A stretch of 59,885 nt of DNA from Alphaproteobacteria bacterium (GTDB lineage Bacteria > Pseudomonadota > Alphaproteobacteria > SHVZ01), in contig VGEH01000005.1 in NCBI GenBank assembly GCA_016869375.1, forward strand, positions 1 to 59,885, written 5' to 3'. Positions 45,466-54,013 of this stretch are shown here, piece by piece. Position 1 is the stretch's first letter. The number at the start of each line of letters is the position of its first letter. Below the pieces are notes generated by a model. It was not told the origin of the DNA and searched no databases. It saw only the letters and a program-made list of their open reading frames with translations. A program made the translations under genes and the position numbers.

Positions 45466-46064
45466 GCGCTCGTCTCCGTCATCGTCGCGTAGACCTCGAC
45501 ATCGCCGGTCCAGCAGTAGAGCGCCAGCAGCGGCTCGTCGCGTGTCCGCATCGCGTGGCGGGTCATCGGTGTGTGGTGAATGACCGAGCCGGGCGGCTTG
45601 CGGTGCCATCCCTCGCCCTCCCGCCACCATTCCGCATGGCCGGCGACGACGTGATAGATCTCCTCGGCCGGATGCGCGTGATCGGGGTAGTGCATCTCCG
45701 GTCCCAGCATCAGCAGGCCGACGAGCAGGTCGGCGCTCTCGACCGGACGGCCGGGTCCGATCAGCTCGACATAGCCGTAGCGGTCGACATAGCCCGGCCC
45801 CATGTTCTCGACCGAGTAGTTCGGGTTCTGCAGCCAGGTCGCCAGCGGCTCGACTGCTGCAAAGGCCTCCGCAATCTCGGCCAACGGTCCGCGACGGCCG
45901 AGGTCGACCGCTTCCCTGACGAAGCTCGCGACCGGCTTCCGGCTGCTCCAACCCGGCCTGAGGTCACGCGCCTTGAGGCCGGCGATCCGCGCGCTTGCCG
46001 CCGCCAGCGGACCATCCTTGGCTTCGCGATAGACAGCCTCGATCGCGCGCAGCAGCGTCAGCAT
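45462..46064 (-). CDS. Cupin protein of the DddL/DddQ-like (DMSP-lyase family) type
   Basis: The metal motif MHYPDHAHPAEEIYHVVAGHAEWW...H is close to the YPxHxHPAEE-IY-xxxG signature I recall for cupin DMSP lyases. Start at 46064 is TGATG-coupled to the upstream gene. Confidence 0.6.
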   Translation of the reverse strand: MLTLLRAIEAVYREAKDGPLAAASARIAGLKARDLRPGWSSRKPVASFVREAVDLGRRGPLAEIAEAFAAVEPLATWLQNPNYSVENMGPGYVDRYGYVELIGPGRPVESADLLVGLLMLGPEMHYPDHAHPAEEIYHVVAGHAEWWREGEGWHRKPPGSVIHHTPMTRHAMRTRDEPLLALYCWTGDVEVYATMTETSA

Positions 46065-46879
46065 CAGGTGATCTGCGCCAGGCCTCGCGTCTCGGCCGTC
46101 TGCGCCCAATCCTCAGTGATCTGGTAGCCCGCCTCGGGAATGCGGGCGAAACCCAGGATGCAGAGATCCTCGCGCAAGCCGGCCTGCGCCGGATCGTCTC
46201 CGAACGTCGCGAGCGTCTCGCCAAGCCGTCTGACGATATCGGGCGACGCGCCTTGCGAGGCCATGAACGCCGGGATCGGTACGACATCGGTCGAGGCGAT
46301 GATCCGGGTACGTCCCGCCACCTCCGGCCAGTGCCGGCGCAGCAACGCATAGGCGAACGAGTCGAGCGGGCCGACATCGGTCTTGCCCTCGACGATCGCC
46401 TCGACCATCAGCCGCGGTGTGCGCAGGGGACCGACGATCTCGCGGTACAGCGTTTTGGTGCCGCCCTTGCGATAGGACAGCAGATGATGGCGCGGTGCGT
46501 TGTAGCCGGAGTGCGAATCCGGGATCGTGTAGGCGAAGCGATGGCCGAAGGTGTCTTCGAGCGTCTTGAACGGTGCGTCATCGCGAACGACGAAGTGCGA
46601 GCAATAGACCGGCCGGCCCTTGGCATAGGCGGCGCTCGGGATTGGTGCTGCGACCACCTGATGGATCGCGCCGTAGCGCATGAACGGCCAGCCGCACATG
46701 AAGGTGCAGGCCAGATCCTTCCTGGACCACAGCTCGTCGAGCGAGGCCGGGAAAGCGTGGTCGATCACCGTCATGCCGATGCCGGATTTTTCCTGCAACC
46801 ACGTGAACAGCCGCTTCCACGCAGCCGCCGCCTCAGGCGCGACCGAGTACATGCGGGCATTGGCGATGAGCTCGCTCAT
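46064..46879 (-). CDS. PhnD-like periplasmic-binding-protein-fold protein without signal peptide
   Basis: 271 aa from the ATG at 46879 (ATGA-coupled to the DMGDH paralogue). MSELIANARMYSVAP... resembles the phosphonate/PBP type-2 fold. No hydrophobic leader. Confidence 0.6.
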   Translation of the reverse strand: MSELIANARMYSVAPEAAAAWKRLFTWLQEKSGIGMTVIDHAFPASLDELWSRKDLACTFMCGWPFMRYGAIHQVVAAPIPSAAYAKGRPVYCSHFVVRDDAPFKTLEDTFGHRFAYTIPDSHSGYNAPRHHLLSYRKGGTKTLYREIVGPLRTPRLMVEAIVEGKTDVGPLDSFAYALLRRHWPEVAGRTRIIASTDVVPIPAFMASQGASPDIVRRLGETLATFGDDPAQAGLREDLCILGFARIPEAGYQITEDWAQTAETRGLAQIT

Positions 46880-49287
46880 CCGCGCTGGCGCCCGCCATTG
46901 GCATCGAAGAGCGGCTGGGTCTGCACCACCGCCGGGCAGGCCTTGCCGAAGATCAGCACGGAAAGCTTCTCGCCATCCTTGGCGAGCTCGGGCTTCACAT
47001 AGGCCATGGCCATGCTCTTCCCGGCCCAATGCGCATAGCCGCCGGAGGTCACCTGGCCGACAGCATCGTCGCCCTTGAGCACGCTCTCGTAGCCGACCAC
47101 CTCGACATCGGTATCCACGATCAGCGGCACCAGTTTCTTCGCCGGCGGCGTCACGCGATCCTTAAGCGCCGCCTCGCGGCCGATGAAGTCCGGCTTGTCA
47201 TAGGCGACGAAGCGGTCGAGGCCGCTTTCCATCGGCGTGTAGTCCGGCCGGAACTCGCGGAAGAAGGCGCCATAGGCCTTCTCCAGACGCAGCGACATCA
47301 GCGCGCGGTTGCCGAAATGGCGAAGGCCGAGATCCTTGCCGGCCTCGACCAGCGCGTCGTAGAGCGTCACCTGATAGTCGGGCGTGGTCCAGATCTCGTA
47401 ACCAAGATCGCCGGTGTAGCTGGCGCGGAGCACGGTGCAGGGCGCCAGGCCCACCACCATCTCGCGCGCGGCGAAGAACTTGAAGGCCTGGGCCGAGACG
47501 TCCTCGAAGACCAGCTTCTGCAGAAGCTCGCGCGATTTCGGGCCGGCGACCATGAAGCCGGTCAGCGCATGCGGCAGCGGTCGGATATAAGTGCCGGCGG
47601 GCGGCGGATGCTTCTCGAACCAGCGCATGTGATAGATCTCGGCGACGCCGGAGCCGATCATCAGGAAGCGATCCTCGGCAAGGCGTGCCACCGAGAAGTC
47701 GCCGATGATCGTGCCGCGTGGGTTCAGCATCGGTGCCAGCACCATGCGGCCTGGCTTCGGCATCTTGTTCGAGAGGACCTTGTTCAACCACGCTTCGGCA
47801 TCGGGACCGGCGACCTCGTATTTGCCGAAGCCGGTGACCTCCATCAGGCCGACCGCGTTGCGAACCGCGTGGCACTCCTCCTTCACGATCGGGAAGGCGT
47901 TGGAGCGGCGATAAGTCGGATTCTCGACCGGCTCCATGCCCTTCGGCGCATACCAGAGCGCGACCTCGAGGCCGAAATTGGCGCCGAACACCGCGCCGGC
48001 ATCCTTGAGGCGATCGTAGACCGGCGAGCGGCGCAGCGGACGCGCCGCCGGCATCTCCTCGTTCGGATAGGCGATGCGGAACCGCCGGCTGTAGTTCTCC
48101 GGCACCTTGATCAGCGTGTACTGGTGCGTCGCGTACCTGCCGAAGCGCGAGACATCCATGGCGAAGATGTCGGAACCCGGATCGCCCTCCACCATCCAGC
48201 GCGAGAGCGCGAGGCCGACGCCGCCGCCTTGGGCGAAGCCCGCCATGACACCGCAGGCCGACCAGTAGTTCCTCAAACCCCTGACCGGCCCGACCAGCGG
48301 ATTGCCGTCAGGGGCGAAGGTGAAGGGCCCGTTGACGACCTTCTTGATGCCGGCACGGCCGACCGCGGGGAAATGCTTGAAGCCGATCTCGAGATGCGGC
48401 GTGAGCCGGTCGAGATCGTCCGGCAGCAGCGCCATCGAGAAATCCCAGGGCGTGGTGTGCGGCGACCACACCCGGCAGTCCCTCTCATAGGTGCCGAGCA
48501 GCACGCCCCTGCCTTCCTGGCGCATGTAGATCTCGCCGAAATAGTCGGTCGTCGGCAGGACCTCGCGGCCATGCGCCACGACCTCGGGGATCTCCTCCGT
48601 CACCACATACATGTGCTCCATCGCCAGCACCGGCAGCTCGATGCCGGCCATGCGGCCGACCTCGCGCGCCCAGAGGCCGGCGGCGTTGACGACATGCTCG
48701 GCATGCACAGTGCCCTTGTCGGTGATCACGTCCCAGGAGCCGTCGCGGCGCTGCTTCAGTTCCTTCACCTGGGTGAAGCGGTGCACCTCGGCGCCGGCCT
48801 TGCGCGCGGCGATGGCATAGGCGTGGGTGACGCCGTTCGGATCGACATGGCCGCCGTCGAGGCGATGCAGCGCGCCGACGAACTGGCTCGGAGCGAGCAG
48901 CGGGTTCAGCTTCGTCGCCTCATCAGGCGAGATCAGGTGCGTCTCCATGCCGAGATACTTGGCACGCGAGTGCATGAGCTTGAGGTTGTCGAAGATCTCC
49001 TCGGTCGCCGCGACGACCATGTTGCCGGTCGCGTGGATACCGCAGCTCTGGCCGGAGATCTGCTCGATCTCGCGATAGAGATCGATCGTGTACTTTTGCA
49101 GGCGCGAAACGTTGGCGTCCGAGTTGTAGGTATGGACGCTGGCCGCCGCATGCCAGGTCGAGCCCGAGGTCAGCTCGTGCTTCTCGAGCAGCGCGATGTC
49201 GGTCCAGCCGAGCTTGGTCAGGTGGTAGAGCACGCTGGCGCCGACGACGCCGCCGCCGATCACGATCACACGATATTCGGTCTTCAC
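46876..49287 (-). CDS. Dimethylglycine/sarcosine-dehydrogenase-family flavoprotein with GcvT domain, paralogue 2
   Basis: VIVIGGGVVGASVLYHL, STWHAAAS, HVVNAAGLWAREVGRMAGIELPVLAMEH and YTGDLGYEIW. Collinear with paralogue 1 along the full length. Confidence 0.9.
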   Translation of the reverse strand: MKTEYRVIVIGGGVVGASVLYHLTKLGWTDIALLEKHELTSGSTWHAAASVHTYNSDANVSRLQKYTIDLYREIEQISGQSCGIHATGNMVVAATEEIFDNLKLMHSRAKYLGMETHLISPDEATKLNPLLAPSQFVGALHRLDGGHVDPNGVTHAYAIAARKAGAEVHRFTQVKELKQRRDGSWDVITDKGTVHAEHVVNAAGLWAREVGRMAGIELPVLAMEHMYVVTEEIPEVVAHGREVLPTTDYFGEIYMRQEGRGVLLGTYERDCRVWSPHTTPWDFSMALLPDDLDRLTPHLEIGFKHFPAVGRAGIKKVVNGPFTFAPDGNPLVGPVRGLRNYWSACGVMAGFAQGGGVGLALSRWMVEGDPGSDIFAMDVSRFGRYATHQYTLIKVPENYSRRFRIAYPNEEMPAARPLRRSPVYDRLKDAGAVFGANFGLEVALWYAPKGMEPVENPTYRRSNAFPIVKEECHAVRNAVGLMEVTGFGKYEVAGPDAEAWLNKVLSNKMPKPGRMVLAPMLNPRGTIIGDFSVARLAEDRFLMIGSGVAEIYHMRWFEKHPPPAGTYIRPLPHALTGFMVAGPKSRELLQKLVFEDVSAQAFKFFAAREMVVGLAPCTVLRASYTGDLGYEIWTTPDYQVTLYDALVEAGKDLGLRHFGNRALMSLRLEKAYGAFFREFRPDYTPMESGLDRFVAYDKPDFIGREAALKDRVTPPAKKLVPLIVDTDVEVVGYESVLKGDDAVGQVTSGGYAHWAGKSMAMAYVKPELAKDGEKLSVLIFGKACPAVVQTQPLFDANGGRQRG

Positions 49288-49331
49288 TCAGATCCCCTGC
49301 ACGTCGATTAGCCCACCGGCAATACGGCAAT

Positions 49332-50273
49332 TCACTCCGGCCGCGCAACCGCCCCGGCATCGCCGCCGCCCCGCCTTCCGCGACGGCGCCCGCCCCCCTC
49401 TCCGGCTGCGGCCGCGGCCGGGTCACGGTTGGCCCGGAGCCAGCTCATGCAGTCGGGATCGAAGCCGTTCAGCGTGTTGGCGGCGCGGATCGCGTCCATG
49501 TCCTCCTTGTGCAGCGGGTTCATGATCGCGCTGGTCATGCCGATGGCAGCGGCCATGGACAGGAAATGCGCGTTCATCACCCGCCGGTTGGGGATGCCAA
49601 AGGAGATGTTGGAGGCGCCGCAGGTGGTGTTGACCTTGAGCTCCTCGCGCAGCCGCCGAACCAGACGGAAGACCTGCGAGCCGGCACTGTTGAGCGCGCC
49701 GATCGGCATCACCAGCGGGTCGACGACGATGTCGGCCGCCTTGATGCCGTGATCGGCGGCGCGCTCGACGATCTTCTTGGCGACGGCGAAGCGGACATCG
49801 GGGTCGTAGCTGATGCCGGTCTCGTCATTGGAGATCGCAACCACCGGCACGTTGTACTTCTTCACCAGCGGCAGGATGGTCTCGAGCCGGTCCTCCTCGC
49901 CGGTGACCGAATTCACCAGCGGCCGGCCCCTGGCGACGGCGAGACCCGCCGCCAGCGCCGCCGGCACCGAGCTGTCGATCGACAGCGGCACATCGACCAG
50001 CGACTGGACCAGCTCGACCGTTTTTGCCAGCAGCGGCGGCTCGGTGAGGTTGGGATCGACGGCGGTCACGCCGGCATTCACGTCGAGCACCAGCGCACCG
50101 GCGGCGACCTGCGCCAGGGCATCGGCGGTCACGGTCGAGAAATCGCCGGCCAGCATCTCGGCCGCGAGCTTCTTGCGCCCCGTGGGATTGATGCGCTCGC
50201 CGATCACGCAGAAAGGCTGGCTGAAGCCGATGATGGCGGTCTTGGTCGCCGAGTGCAGAACGGTATCGGTCAC
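49332..50273 (-). CDS. Methyltetrahydrofolate:corrinoid methyltransferase (pterin-binding domain, MtrH/AcsE/MetH-module-like)
   Basis: FCVIGERINPTGRKKLAAEM...LDVNAG...SNISFG pterin-binding barrel motifs. GTG start immediately after the MTHFR stop (TAAGTG). Confidence 0.85.
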   Translation of the reverse strand: MTDTVLHSATKTAIIGFSQPFCVIGERINPTGRKKLAAEMLAGDFSTVTADALAQVAAGALVLDVNAGVTAVDPNLTEPPLLAKTVELVQSLVDVPLSIDSSVPAALAAGLAVARGRPLVNSVTGEEDRLETILPLVKKYNVPVVAISNDETGISYDPDVRFAVAKKIVERAADHGIKAADIVVDPLVMPIGALNSAGSQVFRLVRRLREELKVNTTCGASNISFGIPNRRVMNAHFLSMAAAIGMTSAIMNPLHKEDMDAIRAANTLNGFDPDCMSWLRANRDPAAAAAGEGGGRRRGRRGGGDAGAVARPE

Positions 50274-51143
50274 TTAAACACTCCTGCGGCTCGTCCACGA
50301 GCCTCGTTCGGTCAGCCAGGTCGTCGCGGCCGCGAGCCCGCCGAAAGCATAGACATGAAGCTGCCGGATCAAAGGGGCTTCGCCGGCAAGGACGCGCTGC
50401 TCGATCACCCGCACATGTGCCTCCGGCTCGTAATTGCCGAGGAGCGAGGCCAGCGCCGCGCCCCGCTTGAGGGCGAAGGACATAGAGGTGCGCACGCCGC
50501 AGAGCGCAGCGAATTTGAGCAGCTTCGTCATCGAGGTCGGGCCGGCGACGCCGAGATGGATCGGCAGGCGCACGCCCTCGTCGCGCAGGCGATTGGCCCA
50601 GAGGATCGACAGGTTCGGATCGAAACCGAACTGGGTGACCAGCCGGACCTGGATGCCGGTGCGAGCAGCGAAGGCGATCTTCCAATGCAAGGCGTCGACG
50701 ACGACGGCCGGCGGGATGTCGGGCGAACCCTCCGGATGCCCGGCGACACCGATATGGCGGATGCCGTGCTGCTCGAACAGCCCGGTCGCGAGCACGTCCA
50801 TCGACGAGCCGAACGGGCCGAGCGGCCGCGGAATGTCGCCGCCGATGACCAGCGCGTCGTCGACCCCCACCTCCGCCATCGCGTGGAGACGATTCTCGAT
50901 CTCCTCCAGGCCTTTCAGGCGCCGGCAGGCGATATGAGGCACGGCACGGAGACCGGCGTCGACGAGGTTCCGGCAGGCGCTGGCCCATTCCGCGACCAGC
51001 GTCTCGCCGCTGTCGACCAGATAGATCCGCGTCCCTTCCGGGACGGCCCTCAGCGCCGACGGATCCTTGATCACGCCTTTGGGCGAGAGCTCGATCGACG
51101 CCGATAACCCCCGCCCGCTGTCGCGGCTCACCGCTTCGGCCAT
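50274..51143 (-). CDS. metF: Methylenetetrahydrofolate reductase
   Basis: MTHFR-like barrel (SIELSPKG..., VPHIACR, IGVAGHPEG, VTQFGFD). ATG at 51143, alternative GTG at 51164. Confidence 0.8.
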   Translation of the reverse strand: MAEAVSRDSGRGLSASIELSPKGVIKDPSALRAVPEGTRIYLVDSGETLVAEWASACRNLVDAGLRAVPHIACRRLKGLEEIENRLHAMAEVGVDDALVIGGDIPRPLGPFGSSMDVLATGLFEQHGIRHIGVAGHPEGSPDIPPAVVVDALHWKIAFAARTGIQVRLVTQFGFDPNLSILWANRLRDEGVRLPIHLGVAGPTSMTKLLKFAALCGVRTSMSFALKRGAALASLLGNYEPEAHVRVIEQRVLAGEAPLIRQLHVYAFGGLAAATTWLTERGSWTSRRSV

Positions 51144-51258
51144 GCGTCCCCGACCATCGCCCACATCCCATCAATTGCATGGCGGCGGGCGCCCGGCCGC
51201 TTGGCCCCGACCGCTTCCCTTCCAATGGCGACATCGGGCGGGAAAGCGACGTCCGTTC

Positions 51259-52899
51259 CTATTCCGTTCGGTCGAGCCTGACGTCCTTCATGCGATCGGA
51301 GCTGATCAGGAGGCCGGCGACGCGCGTGCCGTCGCGGATCACGCGCACCGCATGAACGACGCGCCAGCTCTGCCAGAGCTCGGTGACGCCGACGAAGCGG
51401 TCGGGGCCGAGCGGCTCCAGCGGCACCAGGCCTCTCCGCTGGAAGCCGGGGCCGAGCTTGAGCACCAGGCCGTCCTTGCCGCGCTTCACTTCGAACGTGG
51501 TGCCGAGCTCCTGGCTGGCGTAACGGCCGACGACGGCATCCAGCGCCGCGGCCGAAGGTTCGTAGACCGGTGCCGGATCGAAGGCGCAGGTCTGGCCGCC
51601 GAAATCCATGCGAATCACCGGCGCGCCGGCGGTGCCGGCCTCGACCTCCATGACGGTGTCGATGTTGGACCAGTTCTCCAGGAAGCGGTTTGCGCCGACC
51701 GGCCGCAGCATCAGCGCATGGCCGTGCTTGTCGGCCTCGATCCCGCCCTCGCGCACCTTGAGCGTCAGGATCTCGCCGGACTCGCGATCGATGTAGCGCC
51801 CTTCGAGCCGTGAGAGCGGCACGCCCGGGATGGAAACGGCCTTCATGCGCTCCTTGCCGAGCGCCGATGGCGAGGCTTCCTTGAACTCGTCGGCGAGCGC
51901 GATGTCGGCGACCTCGGTGAAACGGCGATAGGTGTCGGCGTCGTCGCGGTTGCAGAGCAGCACCATGCCGAAATCGACGCCGCGCATGTAGGCGAAGACC
52001 GAGCGGAAGCCTGGGAGTCCGCCGCCATGGGTCCAGAGATCGAGGCCGCGATACTTCCGGACGCTGAGGCCGAGGCCGTAGTTGGTCGGCTTGCCGTTCG
52101 AGAGCGCTCCGGGTGCCGCCATGTGATGGATGAACTTCTCCTTGCCAATGCCGCCGGCGCGGAACATGCCCATCCAGCGGACGAGATCCGGCGCGTTGCT
52201 GATCAGCCCGCCGGCGCCGCCGAGGCCGATCGAGAACACGCCCCGCTTCCAGCTTCCATCGGCCTGCGGCAGGTAGGAATTCGCCAGATCCTCGGCAACG
52301 TCATAGGGCTCGTCGCGCATGCGGATGGCAGAGATGCCGAGCGGCGTCAGCAGATCCTCGGTCAGGAACTGCATGAACGGCCTCCCGCTCACGCGCTCGA
52401 TCACCAGCGCCATGAAGATGAAGTTGATGTTGGTGTAGACGTTGCGCGTGCCGACCGGCCAGCTGAACTGGCGCTGGTTGAACGCGATGTCGAGATAGTC
52501 GTCGAGCGAACGCGCCTGGTCGGTGAAGACGCCGGAGAGCTGCATCAGCTCCCAGGAATCGCGAAGACCGCTGGTCATGCCGAGCAAGCGGCGGACCGGT
52601 ACCGGCTGGTCGACCTTGAGCTCCGGCAGGATCTTCCGCACATCGCCGTCGAGATCAAGCTTGCCGCGCTCGGCCAGCAGCGCCGAGGAGGCGCCGACGA
52701 AGGTCTTGGTGATCGAGGCGATGTGGAAGCGCGACTTAAGGCTGACCGGCACGCCGAGCTCGAGGCTGGCAAGGCCGAAGCAGCGCGAATGCACGATCTC
52801 GCCGCCGCGGACCAGGGCCAGCGCGCCGCCCGGCTGACCCGCTGCATTCCAGTGCGTGAAGATGTTGTCGATCTGATCGGTGCGCAGAGGCGTAGGCAT
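51259..52899 (-). CDS. Serine hydrolase of the beta-lactamase/D-aminopeptidase family
   Basis: SxxK motif in HIASITKTF. At 546 aa there are extra C-terminal domains, as in D-aminopeptidase-type enzymes. Confidence 0.8.
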   Translation of the reverse strand: MPTPLRTDQIDNIFTHWNAAGQPGGALALVRGGEIVHSRCFGLASLELGVPVSLKSRFHIASITKTFVGASSALLAERGKLDLDGDVRKILPELKVDQPVPVRRLLGMTSGLRDSWELMQLSGVFTDQARSLDDYLDIAFNQRQFSWPVGTRNVYTNINFIFMALVIERVSGRPFMQFLTEDLLTPLGISAIRMRDEPYDVAEDLANSYLPQADGSWKRGVFSIGLGGAGGLISNAPDLVRWMGMFRAGGIGKEKFIHHMAAPGALSNGKPTNYGLGLSVRKYRGLDLWTHGGGLPGFRSVFAYMRGVDFGMVLLCNRDDADTYRRFTEVADIALADEFKEASPSALGKERMKAVSIPGVPLSRLEGRYIDRESGEILTLKVREGGIEADKHGHALMLRPVGANRFLENWSNIDTVMEVEAGTAGAPVIRMDFGGQTCAFDPAPVYEPSAAALDAVVGRYASQELGTTFEVKRGKDGLVLKLGPGFQRRGLVPLEPLGPDRFVGVTELWQSWRVVHAVRVIRDGTRVAGLLISSDRMKDVRLDRTE

Positions 52900-52916
52900 A
52901 GACGTGGCTCTCTGAA

Positions 52917-54011
52917 TCAGGCTTCGGCGGCGAGGCCGCGGGCGATGCGGTCGAAGAGGTAGCGGGCTTGGCTCACCACCATCTCGCGCCAGGAGGCATG
53001 GTCGGGAGCGAAGGCGTTGAGCAGGCGCTGCTTGACCGCCTGCACCGAGGCGTCGTGCCAGTCGTTCTTGCCCTGCTTGTGCAGGACATGCTCGGCGCGC
53101 AGCGAGTTGATCACCTCATGATGCGGCACGGTGCCGTATTCGAAGCTGACATAGCCTGAGTTCAGTCCGCACCTCTTCTCCCACAGCTCGGAGCTCAAGC
53201 CCTGCTGCGGCGGGGTCGCCGACTTGCCGTCGCGCTGGATCGTCATCGCCGGGCCAATCCAGCGCTGCAGCCGGTCGCGGCCGGGATGCGCGGGGTCGCC
53301 GGAATAGATCGGCTCGCAATAGCCGAAGGGGCCGGCGCCGGTGTGGAAGTCGACTGCGGCGACGAGCTTGCGGTTCTTCAGATTGTAGTCGGAGACGATC
53401 GACTCCATGGTCTTGCGCGACCAGGTCGGGCCGGTGCCGCCGTAGAACCAGCCGTCGGGCCGGGTGTACTGGCCGCCCGACTGCGCGATCGCCAGCGCCG
53501 GCAGGCCATGCTTCTCGCCATAGGCCTTGATGCGCGCATCGGCCGCCTTCCATGTCGCCTCGCTGGCATCGCGGGGCACGAAATCGTCGGCGAGCTCCTC
53601 ATAGCCGGGATTGACCGGACGCGGCTTGGTGAAGTCGGCGAAGTTGCGGTTGATGTCGATGTTGTCCTCGTTGGTCCGCCTGAGCCAGGCGGTACCGTAG
53701 GGGTTGACCGCATGCACCAGCAGCATCGCGACATCGCCGTAGCGCGTGATGTCGAGGTCGAGGAGCGCATCGATCTGCGCGCCCGAGCCGCAGAACAGCT
53801 CCGGCCCGTGCACGCCCGATGTGACGACCATGACGGCCTTGGCGTCGAGCTTGCCGAGCCAGACGACGTCGCTCGCCATCTCCTCGCCCTTGGGCCCGGT
53901 CAGCGGATGCTTGTAGACCTTGACCTTGGAGCCGTTGATCTCGGCCGCAAGATGGAAGCGATGCCGGGCCTCGGCATAGGTACGCGAGAAACGATTATCG
54001 ACGCTGAGCAT
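52917..54011 (-). CDS. DUF2817 / M14-carboxypeptidase-like protein
   Basis: VTSGVHGPE...HAVNPYG...NEDNIDINRNF blocks. Start trimmed to the ATG at 54011, 2 nt after the upstream stop. Confidence 0.65.
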   Translation of the reverse strand: MLSVDNRFSRTYAEARHRFHLAAEINGSKVKVYKHPLTGPKGEEMASDVVWLGKLDAKAVMVVTSGVHGPELFCGSGAQIDALLDLDITRYGDVAMLLVHAVNPYGTAWLRRTNEDNIDINRNFADFTKPRPVNPGYEELADDFVPRDASEATWKAADARIKAYGEKHGLPALAIAQSGGQYTRPDGWFYGGTGPTWSRKTMESIVSDYNLKNRKLVAAVDFHTGAGPFGYCEPIYSGDPAHPGRDRLQRWIGPAMTIQRDGKSATPPQQGLSSELWEKRCGLNSGYVSFEYGTVPHHEVINSLRAEHVLHKQGKNDWHDASVQAVKQRLLNAFAPDHASWREMVVSQARYLFDRIARGLAAEA

Positions 54012-54013
54012 TA

